This document shows positions 29,117-37,993 of a stretch of DNA of 64,000 bases, piece by piece. The notes under the pieces were generated by a model, which ran no database searches, was not told the DNA's origin, and saw only the letters and a program-made list of their open reading frames with translations. Source of the stretch: an uncultured Planctomycetaceae bacterium (GTDB lineage Bacteria > Planctomycetota > Phycisphaerae > SM23-33). Position numbers and translations under genes: made by a program. The DNA is taken from NCBI GenBank assembly GCA_964642165.1, contig CAZXOC010000003.1, positions 784 through 64,783 on the forward strand, read 5' to 3'. How positions within the stretch are numbered: the first letter of the stretch is position 1; each line of letters starts with the position of its first letter.

Positions 29117-30349
29117 ATGAGAACGCTTGGCTTGGCGGCGGGGGCGGCGCTGCTGGCGGCGTGCCCGCTCGCGGCGCCGGCGGAGGAATGGCCCTGTTGG
29201 CGCGGGCCGCGCGGCGACGGCACCAGCCGCGAGACCGGCATCCCCGTCCGCTGGAGCGCGACGGAGAACGTCCGCTGGAAGGTCCCGATTCCCGGCCGGG
29301 GGTACTCCTCGCCGATCGTCTGGGGCGACCGCATTTTCCTGACGACGTGCGAGGAGCGCAAGAAGGAGCGCCTCCTGCTGTGCCTGGCGCGGGCCGACGG
29401 CAAGCTGCTCTGGCAGCGCATGGTGCTGCGCTCGGCGCTGGAGAAGAAGAACCGCCTCAACTCCTACGCGAGCAGCACGCCGGCGACAGACGGCAAGCAC
29501 GTCTGGGTGACGTTCATGGAATGGCCGAGCCAGCGCATCCAGGTGGTCTGCTACGACGTGGCGGGCAAGGAGGTCTGGCGGCGCTCGCCGGGCGAGCTGC
29601 GCTCGATGCACGGCTACTGCAGCTCGCTGCTGCTGCACAGGGACACCGTGATCCTCAACGCCGACCAGGACGCCGTGGCGTACATCGTGGCGTTCGACCA
29701 GGCCACGGGCGCCGAGCGCTGGCGGATCGACCGTCCGAACCGCACGCGGAGCTACTGCCCGCCGGTGATCTACGACCTGGCCGGGAAGAAGCAGCTCGTG
29801 CTGAGCGGCTCGAAGTGCGTCGCCTCCTACGACCCCGACACGGGCAGGCAGCACTGGATCATCGACGGCCCGACCGAGCAGTTCTGCGCGAGCCTCGTCC
29901 ACACGCGGGGCATCCTGTTCCTCACCGGGGGCTGGCCGACGCTGCACCTGCTCGGCATCCGCCCGGACGGGGCGGGCAACGTCACGAACAGCCACGTCCT
30001 CTGGCACGTCCGCAAACACGCGTCCTACGTGCCGTCGCCCATCGCCGAGGGCGAGCACTTCTTCGTCGTCTCCGACAGGGGCAAGGCGAGCTGCCTGGCC
30101 GCCCGGACCGGCACGTACCTCTGGACCGAGCAGCTCGGGCGGCACCACAGCGCCAGCCCCGTCTCGGCGGAGGGGCGGCTGTACTTCCTTGACGACGACG
30201 GCCGGACCCACGTCGTCCGCGCCGCGGCCAAGTTCGAGCTCCTGGCGACCAACCCCCTCGGCGAGAAGTGCTTCGCCAGCCCGGCCATCTCCCGCGGGCG
30301 GGTCTTCCTCCGCGCGAGCAGGCACCTGTACTGCATCGGCAAGCCGTAG
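29117..30349 (+). CDS. PQQ-like beta-propeller repeat protein (BamB/PQQ-repeat family)
   Basis: RBS GGGAGGA. Signal peptide MRTLGLAAGAALLAACPLAAPA. WPCWRGPRGDG..SPIVWGDRIFLTT and repeated W/G blade motifs (LLWQR, EVWRR, ERWRI, QHWII, YLWTE). Confidence 0.7.
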   Translation: MRTLGLAAGAALLAACPLAAPAEEWPCWRGPRGDGTSRETGIPVRWSATENVRWKVPIPGRGYSSPIVWGDRIFLTTCEERKKERLLLCLARADGKLLWQRMVLRSALEKKNRLNSYASSTPATDGKHVWVTFMEWPSQRIQVVCYDVAGKEVWRRSPGELRSMHGYCSSLLLHRDTVILNADQDAVAYIVAFDQATGAERWRIDRPNRTRSYCPPVIYDLAGKKQLVLSGSKCVASYDPDTGRQHWIIDGPTEQFCASLVHTRGILFLTGGWPTLHLLGIRPDGAGNVTNSHVLWHVRKHASYVPSPIAEGEHFFVVSDRGKASCLAARTGTYLWTEQLGRHHSASPVSAEGRLYFLDDDGRTHVVRAAAKFELLATNPLGEKCFASPAISRGRVFLRASRHLYCIGKP

Positions 30350-30412
30350 CGGCGCCTGCCGGCCCGCCGCGCCCGCGACTCGGCGCCCGCGCAACGGCCG
30401 ACGAGCCCGCTC

Positions 30413-32755
30413 TCAGACGGTCAGGCGCACGTAGAGGCTCGGCAGCACGCGCGGAAGCTGCCGGATGTCCGGCAGGATGACGAACCGCCGCCGGGGAAAC
30501 ATGATCTCCATGTCGGGAAGGCTGTTCTCCTCCGTCGAGATGCCGAACGTGTGGATCGTCTTGCGGTCGTTTTCCTCGCAGGCCATGCGGACGTCGTACT
30601 GGGCGTGGCGAGTGTTGGGGTCGTAGCGGTCGTCCATCGGCCGCCCGTCGGTGATGAGGATGATCAGGCGCTGCCTGGCGTCGACGCGGCCGAGGCGGAA
30701 GCCCGCGTGCCGCAGGGCGGGCCCGATCCGCGTGCAGTTCAGCGGGTACGCCGACAGGACGCGCCCGATGCTGTCTCGTCCCCACGCTTCGTCGAAGTCT
30801 TTGTAGACGAAAAACGCGCAGTTCTCCGGCCCGTTGGAGTGGAACCCGCAGATGCTGAAGCGGTCCCCCAGGCTCGCCAGCCCCTGCCCGAGGATCAGCG
30901 CGGCGTGCTTCTCGATCTCGATGATGCGTTTGCGGTCGGACAGCTCTTCCGCCGTCGAGCCGCTGGCGTCGAGGACGATCTCCACGGCCAGGTCGCGGCG
31001 GTTGATGCGGGGCTTCTCGTAGAAGCGGACCTTCGGGGAGGGCTCCTTGCGGCGCTGCACGAGGTAGTCGACCAGCAGGTCGGCGTTGATCTGCTCGCCT
31101 TCCTGGAGGTACTTCTCGCGGCGGGTCAGGTCCGGCTTGAGGCGCTCGAAGACGCGCCCGACGCGGCGGGCCTCGCTGGTGATGTCCGGCGGGATGGGCT
31201 GCTCGCCGGCCTGCTCGGGCACCTTCTCGTAGACGAAGCAGTAGTCGCGGTAGTAGTCGCCCTCCTCGTGGCTCCATTCGTCGTAGACGTAGCAGACCCG
31301 GGCCGCCTCGGCGCGATCCGCCTCCTCCTGCTCGCCCGAGCCCTCGCGGGCCTCGTCGGCTGCCTGGGCGGCCGCGTCCTCCCCGGCGCCCTCATCCCGG
31401 CGCCTGTGGTGCTGTTCCGCCGCACGCTTGAGATCAGCCACCAGGCTCCCACGCGGGGCCGCCGAAACGCCCCCGGGAAAGAGGAAGTCCGGCAGGAACG
31501 CGAACGGCCGAAGGAGATCGCCCGCCAGGCCCGGACAGTCCCGGGCGACCTGCTCGGCCAACTCGCCGTCGAGCTGCCGGACCGTGTCAAAGAAGTTCAC
31601 CGACCCGTCCGCCAGGCGCAGCAGCGCGGCGACGCCCGGGGCCTGTGCCGCATCGGACCTCGCCGCGTCATGGAACAGGCGCTCCGCCGCGGACGCCGGC
31701 GGGCGCCACCGGAACTCCTCCCGCAGGGCGAAGTCGATCAGCCGCCGGGAGCCCGGCCAGCGGGCCCGCACGCGACGCAGCACGCGCACGTACTCGGCGA
31801 TCTGGAAGAGGTTCAGGCGAAGCGAATCGCTCCCGACGACCTCCCGGCACGTGCGGTGGCCTTGCAGGCCGTGCACGCGGCAGAAGCTGTCCTCGGCGAT
31901 CATCCCCGCCGCGACCACGCTCGCCAGCAGGTACCACTTCCGGTTCACCGCCGCGTCGTCGAAGTAGCGGATGCGGCTGGGCACGTACAGCCACTTGTAG
32001 AGACATACCAGCGAGCAGCCGCGCTCGATCAGGTCGTCGGAGTCCAGCCGCCCCAGCTCGCAGACCTCGATCTCGCGCCCGGTGAGGGCCTTGAGCAGGG
32101 CCGACATGATCGGATGAACGTCGTCGAGGCGGCACTCCCGCGTGATGCGCAGGATGTACGTTTCGGACGTCTTGAGCCTGCCCTCCAGGAAGGCCAGGGC
32201 CTTGGGCTTGCTCCTGCGGAAGATCTCGAGGCCCGCGTCGATGTAGAGGCCGATCTCCTCGGGGCGCAGGCGGTCGATCAGGCGGCGGTAGCCCTTGATG
32301 AAGGCCACGGCGAGGTCATCGTCGGTTTCCCGCAGGCGGCGCGCGTGGGTGACGAGGTCGCGGACCTGGTCGGGGCGCTCTCCCAGCCCGCCCGTCCCCA
32401 GCGTGCGGAACAGCGTGATGCCGTAGTGCAGGCGGGCGTTGGCGAGTTCCTGGCCGAGGTCGACGATGTCGACGAAGACGCCGGGCAGGTCCAGCAGCCA
32501 GCGCATGCGCGGGTTGAGCGCCGCGAGGAATTCCTTCAGGACGTGGTCGAAGCAGCGCTGGTCGGCCTGCTTCATCAGCTCGAAGAAGCGCCGCGTGACC
32601 TCCTGTCGCTCCGGGCCGATGAGCCCCTGTCGCAGGAGCCCGTCGATCGCCCGGGCGAAGATCTCGCGGTAGCCCCAGCAGACGCTCCGCAGCGTGAAGC
32701 CGTGGTACCCGTCGCCGCCTCGCGCGGGCGGCGTGCTAGGGCTCGGCGGGTCCAT
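30413..32755 (-). CDS. CbbO/NorD-like protein with a C-terminal von Willebrand A (VWA) domain
   Basis: 780 aa. Long helical N-terminal region, acidic linker, C-terminal VWA with MIDAS DASGS (VLDASGSTAE) and ..LIILITDGRP.. Start overlaps the upstream AAA+ gene by 20 nt. Confidence 0.7.
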   Translation of the reverse strand: MDPPSPSTPPARGGDGYHGFTLRSVCWGYREIFARAIDGLLRQGLIGPERQEVTRRFFELMKQADQRCFDHVLKEFLAALNPRMRWLLDLPGVFVDIVDLGQELANARLHYGITLFRTLGTGGLGERPDQVRDLVTHARRLRETDDDLAVAFIKGYRRLIDRLRPEEIGLYIDAGLEIFRRSKPKALAFLEGRLKTSETYILRITRECRLDDVHPIMSALLKALTGREIEVCELGRLDSDDLIERGCSLVCLYKWLYVPSRIRYFDDAAVNRKWYLLASVVAAGMIAEDSFCRVHGLQGHRTCREVVGSDSLRLNLFQIAEYVRVLRRVRARWPGSRRLIDFALREEFRWRPPASAAERLFHDAARSDAAQAPGVAALLRLADGSVNFFDTVRQLDGELAEQVARDCPGLAGDLLRPFAFLPDFLFPGGVSAAPRGSLVADLKRAAEQHHRRRDEGAGEDAAAQAADEAREGSGEQEEADRAEAARVCYVYDEWSHEEGDYYRDYCFVYEKVPEQAGEQPIPPDITSEARRVGRVFERLKPDLTRREKYLQEGEQINADLLVDYLVQRRKEPSPKVRFYEKPRINRRDLAVEIVLDASGSTAEELSDRKRIIEIEKHAALILGQGLASLGDRFSICGFHSNGPENCAFFVYKDFDEAWGRDSIGRVLSAYPLNCTRIGPALRHAGFRLGRVDARQRLIILITDGRPMDDRYDPNTRHAQYDVRMACEENDRKTIHTFGISTEENSLPDMEIMFPRRRFVILPDIRQLPRVLPSLYVRLTV

Positions 32756-33614
32756 CGCCCGCGCCCTCCATCAGCTCGCCGAAGTAGAGCTTGACGATGT
32801 GGTTGATGGACTCGGCGACCTCGGCCTCTTCGGTGAGCGTCTGGGTGATGGCGGCGTTGCAGGCCTTCAGCGGGTCCAGGCCCGCCTTCATCAGCCGGCC
32901 GACGTAGACCAGCAGCCGCGTGCTGACCCCCTCGTCGAGGCCGAAGCCCTTCAGCTCCCGCGTCTTGGCGCCCATCTCGGCGAGTCGGCGGCCCTCGGCC
33001 TCCGACAACCCGGTCTCCGTTTGTATGATTCGCGACTCGACGTCGATCGCCGGGTGCGTGAAGGTCAGGCTGGCGAAGCGCTGCTTGGTGGAGTGCTTCA
33101 GGTCCTTGACGATGCTCTGGTAGCCCGGGTTGTAGCTGAGCACCATCATGAAGTCCGGCGCGGCGCGGATCACCTCGCCCGTCTTGTCGACGTAGAGGAT
33201 CCGCCGGTCGTCCGTCAGCGAGTGGATGATGACGGTGGTGTCCTTGCGGGCCTCCACGATCTCGTCGAGGTAGCAGATGCCCCCGTAGCGCACGGCGAGC
33301 GTCAGCGGGCCGTCCTGCCAGACCGTCTGCTCGTCCTTGAACAGGTACCGCCCGACGAGGTCCCCGGCCGTCAGGTCCTCGTGGCACGAGACCGTCACCA
33401 GCGGCAGATCCAGCACGTGGGCCATGTACTCGATGAACCGCGTCTTGCCGCAGCCGGTCGGGCCCTTGATGATCAAGGGGATGTCGCTGTCGAAGGCCGT
33501 CCGGAAGACCTCTTCCTCGTCGTTCTGGGGGATGTAGTTGGGCCGGGCCCGCACGCGGAACTGGTCGATCGTCTTCCGTGCGTCGCTGGTGGGTTGTGTC
33601 TTACGGTTCGTCAC
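32736..33614 (-). CDS. CbbQ/NorQ/MoxR-type AAA+ ATPase (AAA_5)
   Basis: Walker A GPTGCGKT, Walker B ICYLDEI, sensor motifs. About 292 aa if the GTG at 33614 is the start (no in-frame ATG; it lies 9 nt after the radical-SAM stop). The rest of the 580-aa track ORF is a spurious extension. Confidence 0.65.
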   Translation of the reverse strand: MTNRKTQPTSDARKTIDQFRVRARPNYIPQNDEEEVFRTAFDSDIPLIIKGPTGCGKTRFIEYMAHVLDLPLVTVSCHEDLTAGDLVGRYLFKDEQTVWQDGPLTLAVRYGGICYLDEIVEARKDTTVIIHSLTDDRRILYVDKTGEVIRAAPDFMMVLSYNPGYQSIVKDLKHSTKQRFASLTFTHPAIDVESRIIQTETGLSEAEGRRLAEMGAKTRELKGFGLDEGVSTRLLVYVGRLMKAGLDPLKACNAAITQTLTEEAEVAESINHIVKLYFGELMEGAGDGPAEP

Positions 33615-33622
33615 GATGCCAC

Positions 33623-34555
33623 CTATTCCGAGGCCGCTTCGGCCGCGCTGTAGTACACCTCGGCGCCCATCTGCGTCCCCACGAGCAGGCCCAGGCCGTC
33701 GAGCTTCTCCAGGTACTTCAGCACCTCGACCCGCCTCATGCTCAGGCCCTCGGCGACGTCGCGCACGCGGCAGGGGCGCCTGCGGAGCAGCGCGAGGACC
33801 TGCTGCTCGTCGACGTCGTCCGCCTCGGCGGCCTCGTCCTCGGTGGCCGAGTCCCAGATCACCTCCGCCGTCGGGTGGAACAGCTCGGCCAGCCGGCGGA
33901 GCTCCTCCCGAGGCACGGGGCGCGCGAAGTCCTCCGCGGGCGGGCGGGTCACCGTGTTCAACTGGACGCGGTCCGGGCGGATGGCCTCGACGCACTCGGC
34001 GATCTGCTCCACCTCCGACTCGATGCCCGTGTGCCCGCCCAGCAGCATCACCTCCAACCAGTACTCGCCGGGAAACTCGGCGCGGAAAGCTGCCAGGCCG
34101 CCGACGACCCGCTCGAACGACAGCCCCTCGGCCGGCCGATTGACGGCCTGGAACATGCCCTCGCCGCCGGCGTCGAGCGACGGGACGATCAGGTCGGCGC
34201 CCATCAACTCCGCACGGACGTCCTCGCGCCACAGCAGCGAGCCGTTGGTCAGGACCGCCACGGGCGTTTCGCCCATTGCCTGGATGCCCTCGATCAGCTC
34301 GCCGGTCCGGGAATACAGCGTCGGCTCGCCCGAGCCGCTCAGCGTGACGTAGTTGGCCCCGCACCCGATGCGGGCCTCCACGTCGGCCAGCACGTCCGCC
34401 AGCGGCACCCACTCCTTTCGCTCGGTCGTCCGGCACGTCGTGCGCCCGAGCTGGCAGTAGATGCAGTCGTACGTGCACGTCTTGAACGGCACCAGGTCGA
34501 CGCCCAGCGACCGGCCGAGCCGCCGCGAGGGTACGGGGCCAAAAACGTGACTCAT
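33623..34555 (-). CDS. Radical SAM protein (COG0731-like, NifB/MoaA-related Fe-S enzyme)
   Basis: N-terminal GPVPSRRLGRSLGVDLVPFKTCTYDCIYCQ (CxxxCxxC cluster motif), SGSGEPT glycine-rich SAM motif, 310 aa. Confidence 0.75.
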   Translation of the reverse strand: MSHVFGPVPSRRLGRSLGVDLVPFKTCTYDCIYCQLGRTTCRTTERKEWVPLADVLADVEARIGCGANYVTLSGSGEPTLYSRTGELIEGIQAMGETPVAVLTNGSLLWREDVRAELMGADLIVPSLDAGGEGMFQAVNRPAEGLSFERVVGGLAAFRAEFPGEYWLEVMLLGGHTGIESEVEQIAECVEAIRPDRVQLNTVTRPPAEDFARPVPREELRRLAELFHPTAEVIWDSATEDEAAEADDVDEQQVLALLRRRPCRVRDVAEGLSMRRVEVLKYLEKLDGLGLLVGTQMGAEVYYSAAEAASE

Positions 34556-34594
34556 CGCGAGATCCCGTCGAGTTCGGTGGCGCGGACGCCCGCG

Positions 34595-34834
34595 TCAGCC
34601 GTCCAGGTCACACTGGCCGCAGGGCGTGTCGCGCCCGCAGCAGGTCGTATCGCGCCCGCAGCGGATTGCCGAGGAACCGCCGGCGCCTTTCACGATCACG
34701 GCACCGCCCGTGCCGATCAGGCGCCGGACGCGCCCGCCGCACTCGCTGCACGTCCGGACCGGCTTGTCGGTCATGTTCTGGAACTGCTCGAAGCGCCGGC
34801 CGCACTTCGTGCACTCGTAGTCATATGTCGGCAT
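34595..34834 (-). CDS. FmdB-family zinc-ribbon protein
   Basis: MPTYDYECTKCGRRFE...PVRTCSECGG (CxxC...CxxC zinc ribbon), 79 aa with a Gly/Cys-rich tail. Confidence 0.6.
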   Translation of the reverse strand: MPTYDYECTKCGRRFEQFQNMTDKPVRTCSECGGRVRRLIGTGGAVIVKGAGGSSAIRCGRDTTCCGRDTPCGQCDLDG

Positions 34835-34890
34835 TCTTCCTGCTCTCCTGCGCTCGCGCGTCGGCTGCCGGTCGCCCGCCGGGCGCGAGG

Positions 34891-36144
34891 TCAGTGGTCA
34901 CAGAGGTTCCCGCCCGTCGTCAGCGTGCCGCCGAGGTAGGCCGCGACCAGTTCCGCCGGTTCCTGCGCCGAGGCGCCCACGACGACCGCGATCCCGCTGG
35001 CGGCGAAGAGCTGCTGGGCCCGGCTGCCCATCCCGCCGGCGATGATCACCTCGGCGCCCATTTCGTGAAGCCAGCGGGGCAGCGCGCCGGGCTCGTGCCC
35101 CGGCGGCGTGTGCTTCGTCGTCTCAAGGACTTGCCCGGTCGACGCGTCCACCTCGATGATGGCAAATTCCTCGCAGTGCCCGAAGTGGGCACTCAGCCGC
35201 CCCGCCGCCAAGGGAATCGCGATCTTCATGCGATGGTTCTCCTGCTGGGGTTTCTCCAGGTCGGTTGATCCCCCCTCCTTCGGCTCGTCCGGTGCGATCT
35301 TGCGCACGATCTCAGCGAAGGCGGCCGCGGCCGCCGAACCGTCAGATGCCTCGATGAACGGCGCGCCTGCATCGCCCGCGGCGACGATGGCCGGATCGAT
35401 GGGGATGCGCCCGAGGAACGGCACGCCCGCCTCGCGGGCCAGCGCCTCGCCCCCGCCGGACCGGAACAGGTCCACGCGGTGGCCGCACTGCGGGCAGACG
35501 TACCCGCTCATGTTCTCCACGATGCCCGCCACCGGCAGCGACAGCGCCCGGCAGAACGACACGCAGCGGCGCACGTCGGAGATCGCCAGGTCCTGCGGCG
35601 TGGTGACGACGACGGCGCCGGCGGGCTGACCGACGAGCTGGGCGACCGTGAGCGGCTCGTCGCCCGTGCCCGGCGGGGAGTCGATGACGAGGTAGTCCAG
35701 CCGCCCCCACGTCACGTCGGTGAGGAACTGGCGGATCGCGCCGAACTTGCGAGGCCCGCGCCAGATGATCGCCTCGTCGCCGTTGGCCAACAGGAACCCG
35801 ATGGACATGACGGCGAGATGGTCATCGACCTGGACGGGCACCATCTCCCCCTCCTTGAGGCCGACCGGCCGGCCCGTCAGCCCCAGCAACTGCGGGATGC
35901 TCGGCCCGTGCACGTCGACGTCGAGGAGCCCGACCTTCCTGCCCGCGCGGGCCAGTGCCACGGCCAGATTCGCCGCCACCGTGCTCTTGCCCACGCCCCC
36001 CTTGCCCGACAGCACCAGCAGCTTCTGCCCGATGCGTTCCATGCGGCTGCGCAGCATCAACTGCTGCCTCTCGCGTTCGGCCGGGTCCGGGCCCTGCGCC
36101 GACGGGCGCGAAGGCGGGGGCTGTTTCGGAGACGAGTCCGTCAT
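34891..36144 (-). CDS. Mrp/ApbC/NBP35-family Fe-S cluster carrier ATPase fused to a C-terminal NifX/NafY-type (Nitro_FeMo-Co, PF02579-like) domain
   Basis: RBS AGGAG 11 nt upstream of the ATG at 36144 (MTDSSPKQ..). Walker A VLSGKGGVGKST, ferredoxin-like CPQCGHRVDLF Cys pair. C-terminal MKIAIPLAAGRLSAHFGHCEEFAIIEVD...IIAGGMGSRAQQLF matches dinitrogenase FeMo-cofactor-binding-domain proteins. Confidence 0.75.
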   Translation of the reverse strand: MTDSSPKQPPPSRPSAQGPDPAERERQQLMLRSRMERIGQKLLVLSGKGGVGKSTVAANLAVALARAGRKVGLLDVDVHGPSIPQLLGLTGRPVGLKEGEMVPVQVDDHLAVMSIGFLLANGDEAIIWRGPRKFGAIRQFLTDVTWGRLDYLVIDSPPGTGDEPLTVAQLVGQPAGAVVVTTPQDLAISDVRRCVSFCRALSLPVAGIVENMSGYVCPQCGHRVDLFRSGGGEALAREAGVPFLGRIPIDPAIVAAGDAGAPFIEASDGSAAAAAFAEIVRKIAPDEPKEGGSTDLEKPQQENHRMKIAIPLAAGRLSAHFGHCEEFAIIEVDASTGQVLETTKHTPPGHEPGALPRWLHEMGAEVIIAGGMGSRAQQLFAASGIAVVVGASAQEPAELVAAYLGGTLTTGGNLCDH

Positions 36145-36175
36145 GTGATTTACAACTCCTGGGGGCCCGAGGTCC

Positions 36176-37087
36176 TCAAGTTTCATCGAACAGCCGGGCC
36201 GAGACGGCTTGCCAGAGCCCGCGCACATCGGACGCGGCCCCATCGCGGGCGTACTCCACGATGGACTGCCTGTGGACCTGGGCTTCCGTCACGCCCGGAT
36301 CATACCGCACGCGTCCCAAGGCCGACACGCCTCGGTCCGCCGCCGCCGCCTCGACCTGGGCGGCGACGTCGTCGTTCAGGTCCCACTTGTTCACGCACAC
36401 CGCCGCCGGGATGCCGAAGTGCTTCGCCAGGTCCGCGACGCGAGAGAAGTCGTGCAGGCCGCTCAGCGTCGGCTCCGTCACGATCAACACGAAGTCCGCC
36501 GCCGAGATCGAGGCGATCACCGGGCAGCCGATCCCCGGCGAGCCGTCGATCAGGACGAGCTTCTTGTGGTTCCGGTCGGCGATCTTCTTGGCCTCCGTCC
36601 GCACGAGACTGACCAGCTTGCCGGAGTTCTCCTCGGCCACGCCGAGCTTCGCGTGCACCATCGGCCCGTGCCGCGTGTCCGAGACGAACCACTCGCCGTT
36701 CACGACCGGCGCGAACTCGACGGCGTCGTACGTGCAGAAGTACGCGCAGACACCGCAGCCCTCGCAGGCGATCGGGTCGACGCGGAACGTCCGGTCGACG
36801 CGGCCGTTGCCGGGGCCGTCATAGAAGACGGCGTCGAACCGGCACACCTCCTCGCACTTCCCGCAGGCCGTGCAGTGACCCGGCATGATCCGCGCACGCG
36901 AGCCGCCCGAGAACTTCTCCCGCCGGCGGACCGTCGGGGCAAGCACGAGGTGCAGGTCGGCCGCGTCCACGTCGCAGTCCGCCAGCACCACCTCTTCCGC
37001 CAGCGCCGCGAAGGACGCGACCAGAGACGTCTTGCCCGTGCCCCCCTTGCCGCTGATGACGACCAGTTCCTTCATCCGATCAGACAC
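36176..37087 (-). CDS. MinD/CooC/ParA-like P-loop ATPase with an inserted 2x[4Fe-4S] ferredoxin domain
   Basis: Deviant Walker A ISGKGGTGKTS. Cys motifs CTACGKCEEVC and CEGCGVCAYFC. Second nucleotide-binding half IDGSPGIGCP. Confidence 0.7.
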   Translation of the reverse strand: MSDRMKELVVISGKGGTGKTSLVASFAALAEEVVLADCDVDAADLHLVLAPTVRRREKFSGGSRARIMPGHCTACGKCEEVCRFDAVFYDGPGNGRVDRTFRVDPIACEGCGVCAYFCTYDAVEFAPVVNGEWFVSDTRHGPMVHAKLGVAEENSGKLVSLVRTEAKKIADRNHKKLVLIDGSPGIGCPVIASISAADFVLIVTEPTLSGLHDFSRVADLAKHFGIPAAVCVNKWDLNDDVAAQVEAAAADRGVSALGRVRYDPGVTEAQVHRQSIVEYARDGAASDVRGLWQAVSARLFDET

Positions 37088-37105
37088 CTCCGGGGTGCCG
37101 GCCGA

Positions 37106-37963
37106 TCATGGCTCAGCCGTGCCCGTCAGGTCGCGCAGTTGCGACAGCAGTTTCTCGAACAGCGCCGCGTAGCCGTCGACGGCGCGGCAGGCCAGCTCGC
37201 CGCGCGAGTACGCCTCGGCGATCCGCCGGTCGTCGGGAATCTCCGCCAGCACGTCGATGCGATGCGTCCGGCAGAATGCCGTCGTCTCGGCGTCCCCGAC
37301 GTCCGCGCGGTTGATCACCACGCCGAACGGCATCTTCAACGCCCGCGTCATCTCGACCGCCAGCTTCAGGTCGTTCAGGCCGAACGGCGTCGGCTCCGTC
37401 ACGAGGAGCACGTAATCGCAGCCGCGCACGCTCTCGATCACCGGGCAGGACGTCCCCGGCGGGACGTCGTAGATCATGACGTCCCCGTCGGAGGCGGCCG
37501 CCTTCGTCGCCCGGATCAGCGGCGGGCTCATTACTTCGCCCACGTTCAGCAGCCCCTGAACGAACTGCACGTCGCCGGCGCGCCCGGTCTCGACGCGCCC
37601 GGTCACGCGCTGCGTTTCCGTGATGGCGTTCACGGGGCAGACCAGCCAACAGCCGCCGCACGAATGGCACAGCTCGGGGAACACGAGCACCTTCTCGCCC
37701 ACGCAGACGATCGCGCTGTACTGACAGATCTCGCCACACTTGCCGCAGAGGATGCACGTGTCCGCCGCCACCTCGGGCACGCTGCCGCCCACGGGCTGAC
37801 TGGTCGCGATCTCCGGCTTGAGGAACAGGTGGCCGTTGGGTTCCTCGACGTCGCAGTCGAGATAGCCGACGCTCCGGCCCGCCCCGGCGGCCACGAACGC
37901 GAGGTTGGTGGCCACCGTGGTCTTGCCGGTGCCGCCCTTTCCGCTGGCGACGGCAATTCTCAT
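37106..37963 (-). CDS. MinD/CooC/ParA-like P-loop ATPase with inserted 4Fe-4S ferredoxin domain (paralog)
   Basis: VASGKGGTGKTT; CILCGKCGEIC and CHSCGGCWLVC; YDVPPGTSCP. Adjacent to and 19 nt from its paralog. Confidence 0.7.
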   Translation of the reverse strand: MRIAVASGKGGTGKTTVATNLAFVAAGAGRSVGYLDCDVEEPNGHLFLKPEIATSQPVGGSVPEVAADTCILCGKCGEICQYSAIVCVGEKVLVFPELCHSCGGCWLVCPVNAITETQRVTGRVETGRAGDVQFVQGLLNVGEVMSPPLIRATKAAASDGDVMIYDVPPGTSCPVIESVRGCDYVLLVTEPTPFGLNDLKLAVEMTRALKMPFGVVINRADVGDAETTAFCRTHRIDVLAEIPDDRRIAEAYSRGELACRAVDGYAALFEKLLSQLRDLTGTAEP

Positions 37964-37993
37964 AGCTGACTCATCTGTTCGGGGGCTGTGGCG

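Noticed and set aside
27419-30349. 976-aa plus-strand ORF overlapping the GH9-like gene
   Set aside because: Only its last 410 aa (from MRTLGLAAG.. at 29117, preceded by an RBS and a signal peptide) form a real PQQ-propeller protein. The upstream 1700 nt is an out-of-frame overlap of the 26451-29033 gene with Arg/Pro-rich nonsense translation.
32736-34478. 580-aa ORF suggesting a long N-terminal extension of the CbbQ/NorQ-like ATPase
   Set aside because: The upstream 290 codons overlap the radical SAM gene in another frame and translate to Arg/Gly/Pro-rich low-complexity sequence. The ATPase domain begins right after the radical-SAM stop (GTG at 33614).
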